Part shown: positions 37,111 through 50,865 of the stretch, piece after piece
Position numbering within the stretch: the stretch's first letter is position 1
Layout of the letters: every line of letters begins with the position of its first letter
Assembly (NCBI GenBank): GCA_964016885.1
Contig: OZ024766.1
Coordinates: forward strand, 434,001-498,000
DNA length: 64,000 bases
Direction: 5' to 3'
Origin: Eledone cirrhosa
Taxonomy: Eukaryota
Notes under the pieces: model-generated
Database searches by the model: none
The model's input: only the letters and a program-made list of their open reading frames with translations
Told to the model about the DNA's origin: nothing
Position numbers and translations under genes: made by a program

Positions 37111-37613
37111 TCGGCATTATGACTGGTAAAGGGAAGCGTACCTTGTGTAGTGACAGAGCAGAGCTACAACCAAAATATTTCCCACATATTTCAGTGATAG
37201 GCTTTCTCTTTCTCTCCAGTGTGTGGTCTTTTGTGTCTACATAAGTCATTGTTTGAAAGAAAAGATTTCCCACATGTTTCACAGTGGAAGGGATTTCCTC
37301 CAGTGTGACTACATATGAGGCTAACAAGACTGACTGAAAGATTTCCCACATATTTCACAGAGATAGGGTTTGTGTGTGGATATTTCATCTTCTGATGAGA
37401 GTGTTTTCCTATAAATCTCACAGCTATATTTAGGAGTATTTCTATTTAATAATTCTTGTTCAGAACATGTTTCATTGTGGAAGGATTATCCCCAGTGTGA
37501 ATACGTATATAATTATTAAGTATCCGACTCTCAGGAAAAGATTTCTCTCCAGGGTGTGTTCTTATGTGAGTAGATAGATCGCTGTTACACACTAAAAATT
37601 TTCCACATATTTC

Positions 37614-38663
37614 TCAATGATAGGGTTTTTCCTCAGAGTGGCTACATATGTGGCTAACAAGATTGGATTTCTGAGTGAAAGATTTCCTACATATCTCACA
37701 ATGGAAGGGTTTCTCTCCCGTGTGTGTTCTTTTGTGTAGTGACAGAGCAGAGTTAAGACCAAAATATTTCCCACACATTTCACATTTGAAGGGTTTCTCT
37801 CCAGTGTGACTACGTATATGATTATTAAGTACGCAACTGTCAGGAAAAGATTTCCCACATATTTCACAATGGAAGGGTTTCTAACCTGTATGTGTTCCTT
37901 TGTGTCTAGTTAAATGATCTGGTCTAACAAAAGATTTCCCACATATTTCACAATGGAAGGGTTTCTCACCTGTATGTGTTCCTTTGTGTCTAGTTAAATG
38001 ATCTGGTCTAACAAAACATTTCCCACATATTTCACAATGGAAGGGTTTCTCTCCAGTGTGTCTACTTTTGTGTGTAGTCAAATTAGAGCTATAACCAAAG
38101 GATTTCCCACATATTTCGCAATGGAAGGGTTTTTCCCCAGTGTGGCTACGTATGTGTGCAACAAGATTGGATTTCTGAATGAAAGATTTCGCACATATTT
38201 CACAGTAATATGGTTTTTCCCCAGTGTGGCTATGTATGTGTCTAACAAGATGGGATTCCTCAGTAAAACATTGCCCACATGTTTCACAGTCGAAGGGTTT
38301 CTCTCCTGTGTGTGTTCTTTTGTGTCGTGACAGAATAAAACTACGCCCAAAATATTTCCCACATATTTCACATTTGAAGGATTTCTCTCCTCTGTGTGTT
38401 CTTTTGTGTCTACATAAATCACGTTTACAGACAAAAGATTTCCCACATGTCTCACAGTGTTTGTGTGCAGATAATTCATCTTCTGATGAGAAAGTTTTCC
38501 TACAAATGTCACAGCTATATTCAGGAATATTTCTGTGTAATGATCCTTGTTCAGTACACGTTTCACTGGGTAAAGGTTTCTCCCCACTGTATGACTGTGT
38601 AACTATATCTATATTGGTAGAAACCGGTGTGGTAGAAATGTCCAAGTATTTAACGTCCTCCAT
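37614..38663 (-). pseudogene. C2H2 zinc-finger gene 8 with a premature TAG at 37881-37883 (truncated 260-aa product or pseudogene)
   Basis: GGT TAG AAA CCC where paralogs have GGT GAG AAA CCC; three more in-frame fingers follow to the TGA shared with genes 7 and 10. Confidence 0.75.
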
Positions 38664-38824
38664 AGTAATTCTTGAAGAATACTCAAAACTCGAGAAGAGA
38701 TCTGACAATGTACGAGTGATTTGTGGTAAGAAATGTACTTATATATATATATATGATCGGGTGTGTATCGATGTATATAGGAGCAGTCCTAACAAACCCG
38801 GATTGTTTACCACAGAGTGTAGAA

Positions 38825-39113
38825 AAGTACACAATATCTGCCGTGTTAACAATACAAATAATACGTACTTTATATTTCAAGTCCAAATGTAAAGTCAAGA
38901 AAGACCAGGAAAGCTAATTGTTCAGATGTTGGTGATATAAACCTATTTCTCACTGTCCTGTAAAATGTGGAACAACCAATTCACGATGTAGCGTAGTTTC
39001 TCATGAAATGAAATATTTAATCATGTAGGAGATGGAACACCTACCCTGGAACATGTAGCTCACTCTATGTTATCTACAGAATATTAACTTTCACCTTAAC
39101 ATGAGATAATTGC
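38825..39113 (-). promoter_or_regulatory. Conserved upstream element, copy 7
   Basis: Near-identical to other copies. Confidence 0.85.
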
Positions 39114-40849
39114 TACACAAGATATAATTAGATTAATTAAAGTATAATTAAGATAGCAGGTACGTAATGTCGTTGGCAATGTTTCTCTTTCCGGTTTGTG
39201 ACCGGTGTAAAAACGTTAAAAGTCCCTGAGATAATTTACTACATTTAGAAACACCTTCAGTGATATCAATTCACTCCATCAATTGTATCCAACCCAAGGT
39301 AAAAGCAACAATGTCACCCAGTAAAATATAATAATAACATATCAACGAGGGAGTGTCTTACCTTTCTACTTAATCTGTTAGAAATAGCAGCCAAATCACA
39401 ATCTACTGTCTTAAAACAAAGGAGTTAAACAATCGGCAGTTTAGTCGTATATATTTTCCTTAGGGCCTTGTGGTGTGTGGCTGATTGTCACATTCGGTGG
39501 TGAATTGTTATTAATTTCCTTTTCTTCAGCTTTCGCCATATATATTTTTGTGATTTGCATTTGTGAGGTTCCTAGCAATAATTAATATTTTCATTTTCTA
39601 AGAACTATAAAAACAATTTGTAACGTTATTTATACAGTTGAATTATCGTATTTATATAGATCTATGTATCTATCTTATATATATAGACACAATATTTCCC
39701 ACATATGTGAAAATGATATCGTTTTTCTCCAGTATGTGTTGTTTTGTCGGTCTTCAAACCAGTGTTTTCACAGTGACAGGAGTTTTCTCCAGTGTCACTA
39801 CATGTCTTCTACAAGATGAGAATTACATGTGAAAGTCTTACCTTATATTTCAGTGATAGATCTTTGGATAAAGTAGCATTGCAGGATTTGTTCTGGCTTT
39901 TAACACCCTGAGTTCAAATGTAACTGAGGTAAATTTTATATTTTATTCTTCTAGACTAGATAAAATATATTATATGTACTACGGGTGATTTAATAAACTT
40001 TGCCCTTACCCCAAAATTGCTGGTCTTGAGCCTAATTTACCAATCAATACAGATTTAACAAGTTTGTTGCTTCAAATTTCTAAAAATACTTTCATTTAGT
40101 GTGACTAGTGCAGTAAATTGGTAGAGCGTCAGACAACAAGCTTTGCATCATATAGTTATGTCCTGTTACGTTCTGAGTTCAAATCATGCGGAAGGTAGCT
40201 TTCCCTTTCATCCATACGGGGTTGATAAAATAAAGTAGCAGTCATGCACTGAGGTTGATTTAATCAACTTTCTCCACTCCCAATATTATTGGGCCTGTGC
40301 CTACATCAAATACCATTATTTACTGTGTCTAACAACACTCAGTAACCTATACTATCACTACCCCAATGATACCAGCCAAGACAGTGTCTCAAAATTCTCT
40401 CTGGCCAGCAGAAACCCAGGTACCAGTTGCCTCATGCCCCTGGCTAAGGACAGAATGGAGAAAGGATTAACCTGGAGGATAGTGAGGCAGATGTGTTGAA
40501 GTAGCCATTAAAACCTCTGGGGCCTCACAAGTTTTAAAAACAACAAAGTCCAATAGAATTTGAAACATTTCAAATACCAATGAAGTGTTTGTGTTTGATT
40601 TATTCTAACTACTTTCAAGATATCATTACATATGGTGTTCATAACAGATATTTAGATGGTAAAATAACAAAAATATGGAATCAGACTTCACAAATTCCTC
40701 AAATGTAACTCTTTACATAATAAAAATATATTGAATTTCAGGAGATAAATATAATTTATTTAATATATCATGATAAACTGATAAATGATTTACATAAAAA
40801 ACAAAGATGAAAATAAGAATGAAGATAAAAACCAGGAAAAGACTTTGCA

Positions 40850-41122
40850 TCAATCACAGACCACAACAGGGAATGTTGGTGTTGACCCCTAACATATCTG
40901 AGACAAGACACAGTATTACCTCAGGTGATAGAAGGTCCCTCAATCACACACCACAACAAGGAATGTTGGTGTTGACCACTAGTATTTCTGAGACAAGACA
41001 CATCATTACCTCAGGTGATAGAGGGTCCCTCAATCACACACCACAACAGGGAATGTTGGTGTTGACCTCTAACATATTTGACACAAGACACAGCATTACC
41101 TTAGTTGATAGAGGGTCCCTCA
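40850..41122. repeat. 90-bp minisatellite, 3 copies
   Basis: CCACAACA at 40861, 40951, 41041. Confidence 0.92.
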
Positions 41123-41349
41123 CTAATGCAATACAACGGAATTTTACATATTACCGAAAAATAAAATAAAATAAATTTTGCAATTATATCATTAAAAATG
41201 AATTTAGGAAGACAAGAGTTAGACATGCAAAAAATTTTGATTCCAGTTAAAAACATATTTAAGAAATGGCGTCTGTAGAAATGTTATGATTACATTTTTG
41301 AGGTTGGTGAACAATAAGTTTAGACTGGTAAAAGGAAGGGTATCTCAGG

Positions 41350-42065
<716 letters not shown>

Positions 42066-44033
42066 TTATTCCCCAGTGTGAATACGTATGTGATTATTAA
42101 GTATCGAACTCTCACGAAAAGATTTCCCACATATTTCACAATGGAAGGGTTTTTCCCCAGTGTGGCTACGTATGTGGCTAACAAGATTGGATTTCTGAGT
42201 GAAAGATTTCCCACATATTTCACAATGGAAGGGTTTTTCTCCTGTATGTGTTCTTTTGTGTACAGTTAAATGACTGCTTCTAACAAAACATTTCTCACAT
42301 ATTTCACAATGGAAAGGTTTCTCTCCAGTGTGTGTTCTTTTGTGTCTCGATAAATCGCTGTTACACACAAAAGATTTCCCACATATTTCACAATGGAAGC
42401 GTTTCTCTCCAGTGTGTGTTCTTTTGTGTGCAGACAAATGAGAGCTATTAAGAAAAGATTTCCCACATATTTCACAATGGAACGGCCTTTCCCCAGTGTG
42501 TATTCTTTTGTGTGTAGTTAAATAGCTCCTCATAAGAAAACGTTTCCCACATATTTCACAATGAAAGGGTTTCTCTCCAGTGTGTGTCCTTTTATGTATA
42601 GTTAAATAATTCCTTGTAACAAAACATTTCCCACATATTTCACAATGGAAGGGTTTCTTTCCAGTGTGTGTTCTTTTGTGTACAGTCAATTGAGAGCTTT
42701 CGAGAAAACATTTCCCACATATTTCACAATGGAAGGGTTTCTCTCCAGTGTGTGTTCTTTTGTGTCTACATAAGCTATTGTTTGAAAAAAAAGATTTCCC
42801 ACATATTTCACAATGGAAGGGTTTCTCTCCAGTGTGTTTATATTTGTGTGTAGTTAAGTCTCTGCTGCAGACAAATGTTTTCCCACATACATCACAGTGA
42901 TAGGGTTTCTCTCCAGTGTGTGTCCTTATGTGTGCATTCAAATTACAGCCATTGAGAAAACATTTCCCACATGTCTCACAATGGAAGGGTTTCTCTCCAG
43001 TGTGTTTGTATTTGTGTGTAGTTAAGTCTCTGCTGTAGACAAAAGTTTTCCCACATATTTCACAGTGATAGGGTTTCTCTCCAGTGTGTGTTCTTATGTG
43101 TACAGTTAAGCTACTGTTTTGAAGAAATGATTTCCCACATATTTCACAATTATAGGGTTTCTCTCCAGTGTGTATTCTTTTGTGTCTACATAAGTCATTG
43201 TTTGAAAGAAAAGATTTCCCACATGTTTCACAATGGAAGGGTTTCTCCCCAGTGTGGCTATGTACGTGGTTAACAAGATGGGATTTCTGAGTGAAACATT
43301 TCCCACATATTTCACAATGGAAGGGTTTCTCTCCAGTGTGTGTACTTTTGTGTGTAGTCAAATTAGAGCTATGGACAAAAGATTTCCCACATATTTCACA
43401 ATGGAAGGGTTTCTCTCCAGTGTGTGTACTTTTGTGTGTAGTCAAATTAGAGCTATGGACAAAAGATTTCCCACATATTTCACAATGGAAGGGTTTCTCT
43501 CCAGTGTGTCTACTTTTGTGTGTAGTTAAAGTAGAACTTTGGAGAAAAGATTTCCCACATATTTCACAGTAATAGGGTTTTTCCCCAGTGTGACTACGTA
43601 TCTGTCTAACAAGATTGGATTTCTCAGTGAAAGATTTCCCACATGTTTCAGAGTTGAAGGGTTTCTCTCCTGTGTGTGTTCTTTTGTGATGTGACAGAGT
43701 AGAACTACGACCAAAAGATTTCCCACATATTTCACATTTGAAGGGTTTCTCTCCTTTGTGTGTTCTTTTGTGTCTACATAAATCACGGTTACGGACAAAA
43801 TATTTCCCACATGTCTCACAGTGTTTGTGTTTGTGTGTAGATAATTCATCTTCTGTTGAGAAAGTTCCACTACAAACCCCACAGCTATATTCAGGAATAT
43901 TTCTGTGTAATGATCCTTGTTCAGCACACGTTTCACTAGGTAAAGGTTTCTCCCCACTGTATGACTGTGTAACTGTATCTATATTGGTAGAAACAGGTGT
44001 GGTAGAAATGTCCAAGGGTTTAACTTCTTCCAT
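42066..44033 (-). CDS. C2H2 zinc-finger gene 9, 655 aa, about 21 fingers plus one degenerate
   Basis: MEEVKPLDIS ATG at 44033; ends HTGE-TAA. Confidence 0.95.
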   Translation of the reverse strand: MEEVKPLDISTTPVSTNIDTVTQSYSGEKPLPSETCAEQGSLHRNIPEYSCGVCSGTFSTEDELSTHKHKHCETCGKYFVRNRDLCRHKRTHKGEKPFKCEICGKSFGRSSTLSHHKRTHTGEKPFNSETCGKSFTEKSNLVRQIRSHTGEKPYYCEICGKSFLQSSTLTTHKSRHTGEKPFHCEICGKSFVHSSNLTTHKSTHTGEKPFHCEICGKSFVHSSNLTTHKSTHTGEKPFHCEICGKCFTQKSHLVNHVHSHTGEKPFHCETCGKSFLSNNDLCRHKRIHTGEKPYNCEICGKSFLQNSSLTVHIRTHTGEKPYHCEICGKTFVYSRDLTTHKYKHTGEKPFHCETCGKCFLNGCNLNAHIRTHTGEKPYHCDVCGKTFVCSRDLTTHKYKHTGEKPFHCEICGKSFFSNNSLCRHKRTHTGEKPFHCEICGKCFLESSQLTVHKRTHTGKKPFHCEICGKCFVTRNYLTIHKRTHTGEKPFHCEICGKRFLMRSYLTTHKRIHTGERPFHCEICGKSFLNSSHLSAHKRTHTGEKRFHCEICGKSFVCNSDLSRHKRTHTGEKPFHCEICEKCFVRSSHLTVHKRTHTGEKPFHCEICGKSFTQKSNLVSHIRSHTGEKPFHCEICGKSFRESSILNNHIRIHTGE

Positions 44034-44200
44034 TGTAATTCTTGAAGAATTCTCAAAACTCGAGAAGAGGTATGACAATGTACGAGTAATTTAGGGTAAT
44101 AAATGGTCCTCTATGTACTTATATATATATGATCGGGTGTGTATCGATGTATATAGGAGCAGTCCTAATAAACCCGGTTTGTTTACCATGGAGTGTAGAA

Positions 44201-44489
44201 AAGTACACAATATCTGCTGTGTTAACAATACAAATAATACGTACTTTATATTTCAAGTCCAAATGTAAAGTCAAGAAAGACCAGGAAAGCTAATTGTTCA
44301 GATGTTGGTGATTTAAACCTATTTCTCACTGTCCTGTAAAATGTGGAGCAACCAATTCACGATGTAGCGTAGTTTCTCATGAAATGAAATATTTAATCAT
44401 GTAGGAGATGGAACACCTACCCTGGAACATGTAGCTCACTCTATGTTATCTACAGAATATTAACTTTCACCTTAACATGAGATAATTGC
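44201..44489 (-). promoter_or_regulatory. Conserved upstream element, copy 8
   Basis: Near-identical to other copies. Confidence 0.85.
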
Positions 44490-44956
44490 TACACAAGATA
44501 TAATTAGATTAATTAAAGTATAATTAAGATAGCAGGTACGTAATGTCGTTGGCAATGTTTCTCTTTCCGGTTTGTGACCGGTGTAAAAACGTTAAAAGTC
44601 CCTGAGATAATTTACTACATTTAGAAACACCTTCAGTGATATCAATTCACTCCATCAATTGTATCCAACCCAAGGTAAAAACAACAATGTCACCCAGTAA
44701 AATATAATAATAACATATCATCGAGGGAGTGTCTTACCTTTCTACTTCATCTGTTAGAAATAGCAGCCAAATCACACTCTACTGTCATAAAACAAAGGAG
44801 TTAAACATTCGGCAGTTTAGTCGTATATATTTTCCTTAGGGGCTTGTGGTGTGTGGCCGATTGTCAACTTAATCAACTTTCCTCACTCCCAATATTATTG
44901 GGCCTGTGCCTACATCAAATACCATTATTTACTGTGTCTAACAACACTCAGTAACC

Positions 44957-45941
44957 ATCTTGTCCTTTATTGTAAGTTGTGATGTTGCTATTCCATTCAT
45001 GTTTTCTATTTAATTTTGGTTGCAATTCATTTATGTTTATTGCCTCTGTGATTTGTCTAAACATTGCGTCTTTTCTGTGTATAGATTCTATTTTTATTTC
45101 TAAAGTTCTCTAATTTGCCCTTATGTCCTATTTTAGCATGTTGGTAGAGTACAGATGATTCTTTACTATCTTGAAGGTCTCGCCAGTGTTCATTTAACCG
45201 TTCTCCTATACTACGAGCTGTCTCACCTATGTACACTATATTTTTATCTCTACATTGTCCTTCAGTACATCTTATGCTATATACTACATTTCTAGTTTTA
45301 CAGTTAATATGGGGGCTTAAGTTACAGATTATGTATTTCTCATCTATACAGGGAGTTCTTTGAACAGGGTATGTATTGCTAATGAGTGTTTTTATGGAGG
45401 TACCTGGTCTTTCTACTATCTTAATATTAAGTTTATGTTTATCTAGGGCCCTTCTAAATTTGTAAGCTAATTCACCTCTAGGGGTTGTATTGATGAATAT
45501 TACACTCTGGTATTTATTGCTATCATACCATGAGTTTATTCTATTAACCTTATTCCTAGTTCTTTCTATTCTATTCCAAAATTTTCTCCTGTGCAAGGGG
45601 CAGGTCCCATTTGTACCATTTTTTTCCCATTTGGTTCTGGCTCCTCTATACACTCTGATTTTATCTCTCTGATTGTAACCAGAGAACTGCATACGGTGGA
45701 TGAAGTGTTGTATGTGTCTCTCTAGTTCTTTGGGGTTGCACATGCGGGACACGTTTCTCATCACCCGTACCAAATCCGCAATCAGTATGTTGATTTTGGT
45801 GTGATCCGATACAGCTGAGTTTCGGTGGATCAGATATTTGGAAGTCATGGGTTTGGCATAATGGGAATGGAGGATTTGTTTTTTGTTATTAATGGTTTTT
45901 AACCAGAGCTCTGTGTCTAGTACAGGTAATCGATACCCCAA
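44957..45941 (-). mobile_element. Penelope-like retroelement, 5'-truncated (RT thumb plus C-terminal GIY-YIG endonuclease)
   Basis: LPVLD, then NVVYSIRC...C...YIGETARSIGERLNEH...H...H; after a frameshift near 45100 continues RQITEAININELQPKLNRKHEW, supplying the conserved E and N. Confidence 0.9.
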
Positions 45942-46527
45942 CTATCGATTACCTGTAGTTCCTGACCAAAGATGCAGGTCAATGTCTTTTGGAATTGTTT
46001 GGAAACACAACGGCAAATAATTATATTCTCTATTTTTTTTTTTTCTCACTTTCTAATCCGATTCAAATAATTATTTGGCAGTAAATTGATGGTCGGTTTT
46101 GTTTTGGGTGTATTCTAGGATGTATTCCATCATGTCAGCACATTCTGCTTCCCAGCATCATGGATTAAACTGTGAATTAATGCCGCGAATGTTTGGGACG
46201 AAAAAGTATTTGACTATTGGGTAATCAAATAATCCAAGCGTAAAATCATCAATGTAGAGTAAACAAATCTTAAATAGAGCTTGGAGCAGATATTAAGAGA
46301 ACATTTGGACAGAATAGAGTCTATATATATATAGAAAGATTGTATGTATAGGTTTATATACATATATAAATAAATAAATATATATATATATTTAAGTAAG
46401 TATAAATTATATAGGGGGACTTTAACGTATGACACCGGTCACAAACCGGAAAGAGAAACATTGCCAACAACATCACGTACATCCTATCTGAATTATAACT
46501 TTAATTAATCTAATTAGATCTTGTGTA

Positions 46528-46816
46528 GCAATTATCTCATGTTAAGGTAAAAGTTAATATTCTGTAGATAACATAGAGTGAGCTACATGTTCCAGGGTAG
46601 GTGTTCCATCTCCTACATGATTAAATATTTCATTTCATGAGAAACTACGCTACATCGTGAATTGGTTGTTCCACATTTTACAGGACAGTGAGAAATAGGT
46701 TTAAATCACCAACATCTGAACAATTAGCTTTCCTGGTCTTTCTTGACTTTACATTTGGACTTGAAATATAAAGTACGTATTATTTGTGTTGTTAACACAG
46801 CAGATATTGTGTACTT
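46528..46816 (+). promoter_or_regulatory. Conserved upstream element, copy 9
   Basis: Near-identical to other copies. Confidence 0.85.
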
Positions 46817-46984
46817 TTCTACACTCTGGTGTGAACAATCCAGGTTTGTTAGGACTGCTCATATATACATCTATACATACCCGATCATATATATATAAGT
46901 ACATAGAGGACCTTTTCTTACCCCCAAATTACTCGTACACTGTCATATCTCTTCTCGAGTTTTAAGAATTCTTCAAGAATTACA

Positions 46985-48196
46985 ATGGAAGATGTTAAAC
47001 CCTTGGACATTTCTACCACACCTGTTTCTACCAATATAGATACAGTTACACAGTCATACAGTGGGGAGAAACCTTTACCTAGTGAAACATGTACTGAACA
47101 AGGATCATTACACAGAAATATTCCTGAATATAGCTGTGACATTTGTAGGAAAACTTTCTCATCAGAAGATGAATTATCTGCTCACAAACACAAACACTGT
47201 GAGACATGTGGGAAATCTTTTGTCTGTAACCGTGATTTATGTAGACACAGAGGAGAGAAACCCTTCAAATGTGAAATATGTGGGAAATCTTTTGGTCATA
47301 GTTCTACTCTGTTGCAACACAAAAGAACACACACAGGAGAGAAACCCTTCAAATGTGAAATATGTGTGGAATCATTCACTCGGAAATACCATCTTGTTAG
47401 CCACATACGTACTCACACTGGGGAAAAACCCTATTACTGTGAAATATGTGGGAAATCTTTCACTCGGAAATACCATCTTGTTAGCCACATACATACTCAC
47501 ACAGGGGAAAAACCTTATTACTGTGAAATATGTGGGAAATCTTTCACTCGGAAAGCCCATCTTGCTAGCCACATACGTAGCCACACTGGGGAAAAACCCT
47601 ATCACTGTGGAATATGTGGGAAATATTTTGGTGATAGCTCTACTCTGTCAAAACACAAGAGATCACACACAGGAGAAAAACCCTTCCATTGTGAAATATG
47701 TGGGGAATCTTTTGGCAGTAGCAGTAATTTGACTTCACACAAAAGAACACACACGGGAGAGAAACCCTTCCATTGTGAAATATGTGGGGAATCTTTTCGC
47801 CATAGCTCAACTTTAATTGCACACACAAGTACTCACACTGGAGAGAAACCCTTTAGTTGTGAAATATGTGGGAAATGCTTTGTTAGAAGGTGTCATTTAA
47901 CTGTACACAAAAGAACACACACTGGAGAAAAACCCTTCCATTGTGAAATATGTGGGAAATGTTTTGTTAGAGCGAATCATTTAACTAGGCACAAAGGAAC
48001 ACATACAGGTGAGACACCCTTCCATTGTGAAATATGTGGGAAATATTTTCCTGGTAGTTGGGAACTTAATAATCATATACGTAGTCACACTGGAGAGAAA
48101 CCCTTCCATTGTGAGATATGTGGGAAATCTTTCACTCAGAAATCCAATCTTGTTAGCCACATACGTAGCCACACTGAGGAAAAAGCCTATCATTGA
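46985..48196 (+). CDS. C2H2 zinc-finger gene 10, 403 aa, about 12 fingers
   Basis: Intact ORF; tail shared with genes 7 and 8. Confidence 0.93.
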   Translation: MEDVKPLDISTTPVSTNIDTVTQSYSGEKPLPSETCTEQGSLHRNIPEYSCDICRKTFSSEDELSAHKHKHCETCGKSFVCNRDLCRHRGEKPFKCEICGKSFGHSSTLLQHKRTHTGEKPFKCEICVESFTRKYHLVSHIRTHTGEKPYYCEICGKSFTRKYHLVSHIHTHTGEKPYYCEICGKSFTRKAHLASHIRSHTGEKPYHCGICGKYFGDSSTLSKHKRSHTGEKPFHCEICGESFGSSSNLTSHKRTHTGEKPFHCEICGESFRHSSTLIAHTSTHTGEKPFSCEICGKCFVRRCHLTVHKRTHTGEKPFHCEICGKCFVRANHLTRHKGTHTGETPFHCEICGKYFPGSWELNNHIRSHTGEKPFHCEICGKSFTQKSNLVSHIRSHTEEKAYH

Positions 48197-48555
48197 GAAA
48201 TATGTGGAAAGAATTATTAAATAGAAATACTCCTGAATATAGCTGTGAGATTTATAGGAAAACATTCTCATCAGAAGATGAAATATCCACACACAAACCC
48301 TATCTCTGTGAAATATGTGGGAAATCTTTCAGTCAGTCTTGTTAGCCTCATATGTAGTCACACTGGAGGAAATCCCTTCCACTGTGAAACATGTGGGAAA
48401 TCTTTTCTTTCAAACAATGACTTATGTAGACACAAAAGAACACACACTGGAGAGAAAGCCTATCACTGAAATATGTGGGAAATATTTTGGTCATAGCTCT
48501 GCTCTGTCACTACACAAGGTACGCTTCCCTTTACCAGTCATAATGCCGATGGTGT

Positions 48556-48690
48556 CTTGTCTCAGAAATGTTAGGGGTCAACACCAACATTCCCTGTTGT
48601 GGTGTGTGATTGAGGGACCCTCTATCACCTGAGGTAATGCTGTGTCTTGTCTCAGGTATGTTAGGGGTCAACACCAACATTCCCTTGATG
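48556..48690. repeat. 90-bp minisatellite, about 1.5 copies, inverted
   Basis: Reverse complement of the unit at 36700-37110. Confidence 0.85.
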
Positions 48691-50409
48691 CAAAGTCTTT
48701 TCCTGGTTTTTATCTTCATTCTTATTTTAATCTTCTTTGTTTTTTATGTAAATCATTTATCAGTTTTTCATGTTATATTAAATAAATTATATTTTTATTA
48801 AGTAAAGAGTTACATTTGAGGAATTTGTCCAGTCTGTGATTCCATATTTTTGTTATTTTACCATCTAAATATCTGTTATGAACACCATATGTAATGATAT
48901 CTTGAAAGTAGCTAGAATAAATCAAACACAAACACTTCATTGGTATTTGAAATGTTTCAAATTCTATTGGACTCTGTTGTTTTTAAAAATTGTGAGGCCG
49001 TCAGAGGTTTTAATGGCTACTTCAACACACCTCCCTCACTATCCTCCAGGTTAACCCTTTCTCCATTCTGTCCTTAGCCAGGAGCATGAGGCAACTGGTA
49101 CCTGGGTTTCTGCTGGTCAGAGAGAATTTTGAAATACTGTCTTGGCTGGTATCATTGGGGTAGTGATAGTATAGGTTACTGAGTGTTCTTAGACACAGTA
49201 AATAATGGTATTTGATGTAGGCACAGGCCCAATAATATTGGGAGTGGAGAAAGTTGATTAAATCAACCTCAGTGCATTACTGCTACTTTATTTTATCAAC
49301 CCCGTATGGATGAAAGGGAAAGCTACCCTCCATATGATTTGAACTCAGAACGTAACAGGACATAACTATATGATGCAAACTTGTTACCTGACGCTCTACC
49401 AATTTACTGCACTAGTCACACTAAATAAAAGTATTTTTAGAAATTTGAAGCAAAAAACTTGTTAAATCTGTATTGATTGGTAAATTAGGCTCAAGACCAG
49501 CAATTTTGGGGTAAGGGCAAAGTTTATTAAATCACCCGTAGTACATATAATATATTTTATCTAGTCTAGAAGAATAAAATATAAAATTTACCTCAGTTAC
49601 ATTTGAACTCAGGGTGTTAAAAGCCAGAACAAATCCTGCAATGCTACTTTATCCAAAGATCTATCACTGAAATATAAGGTAAGTCTTTCACATGTAATTC
49701 TCATCTTGTAGAAGACATGTAGTGACACTGGAGAAAACTCCTGTCACTGTGAAAACACTGGTTTGAAGACTGACAAAACAACACATACTGGAGAAAAACG
49801 TTATCATTTTCAAGTATGTGGGAAATATTGTGTCTATATATATAAGATAGATACATAGATCTATATAAATACGATAATTCAACTGTATAAATAACATTAC
49901 AAATTGTTTTTATAGTTCTTAGAAAATATAAATACAATTAATTATTGCTAGGAATCACAAAAATATATATAGCCGGTTAAATATATGGCGAAAGCTGAAG
50001 AAAAGGAAATTAATAACAATTCACCACCGAATGTGGCAATCAGCCACACACCACAAGGCCCTAAGGAAAATATATACGACTAAACTGCAGAATGTTTAAC
50101 TCCTTTGTTTTAAGACAGTAGAGTGTGATTTGGCTGCTATTTCTAACAGGTTAAGTAGAAAGGTAAGACACTCCCTCGTTGATATGTTATTATTATATTT
50201 TACTGGGTGACATTGTTGCTTTTACCTTGGGTTGGATACAATTGATGGAGTGAATTGATATAACTGAAGGTGTTCCTAAATGTATTAAATTATCTCAGGG
50301 ACTTTTAACATATGACACCGGTCACAAACCGGAAAGAGAAACATAGCAGGTACGTGATGTCGTTGGCAATCTTAATTATACTTTAATTAATCTAATTATA
50401 TCTTGTGTA

Positions 50410-50698
50410 GCAATGATCTCATGTTAAGGTGAAAGTTAATATTCTGTAGATAACATAGAGTGAGCTACATGTTCCAGGGTAGGTGTTCCATCTCCTACAT
50501 GATTAAATATTTCATTTCATGAGAAACTACGCTACATCGTGAATTGGTTGTTCCACATTTTACAGAACAGTGAGAAATAGGTTTAAATCACCAACATCTG
50601 AACAATTAGCTTCCCTGGTCTTTCTTGACTTTACATTTGGACTTGAAATATAAAGTACGTATTATTTGTATTGTTAACACAGCAGATATTGTGTACTT
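50410..50698 (+). promoter_or_regulatory. Conserved upstream element, copy 10
   Basis: Near-identical to other copies. Confidence 0.85.
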
Positions 50699-50865
50699 TT
50701 CTACACTCCGTGGTGAACAATCCGGTTTGTTAGGACTGCTCCTATATACATCGATACACACCCGATCATATATATATAAGTACATAGAGGACCATTTATT
50801 ACCCCCAAATCACTCGTACATTGTCATACCTCTTCTCGAGTTTTGAGAATTTTTCAAGAATTACA

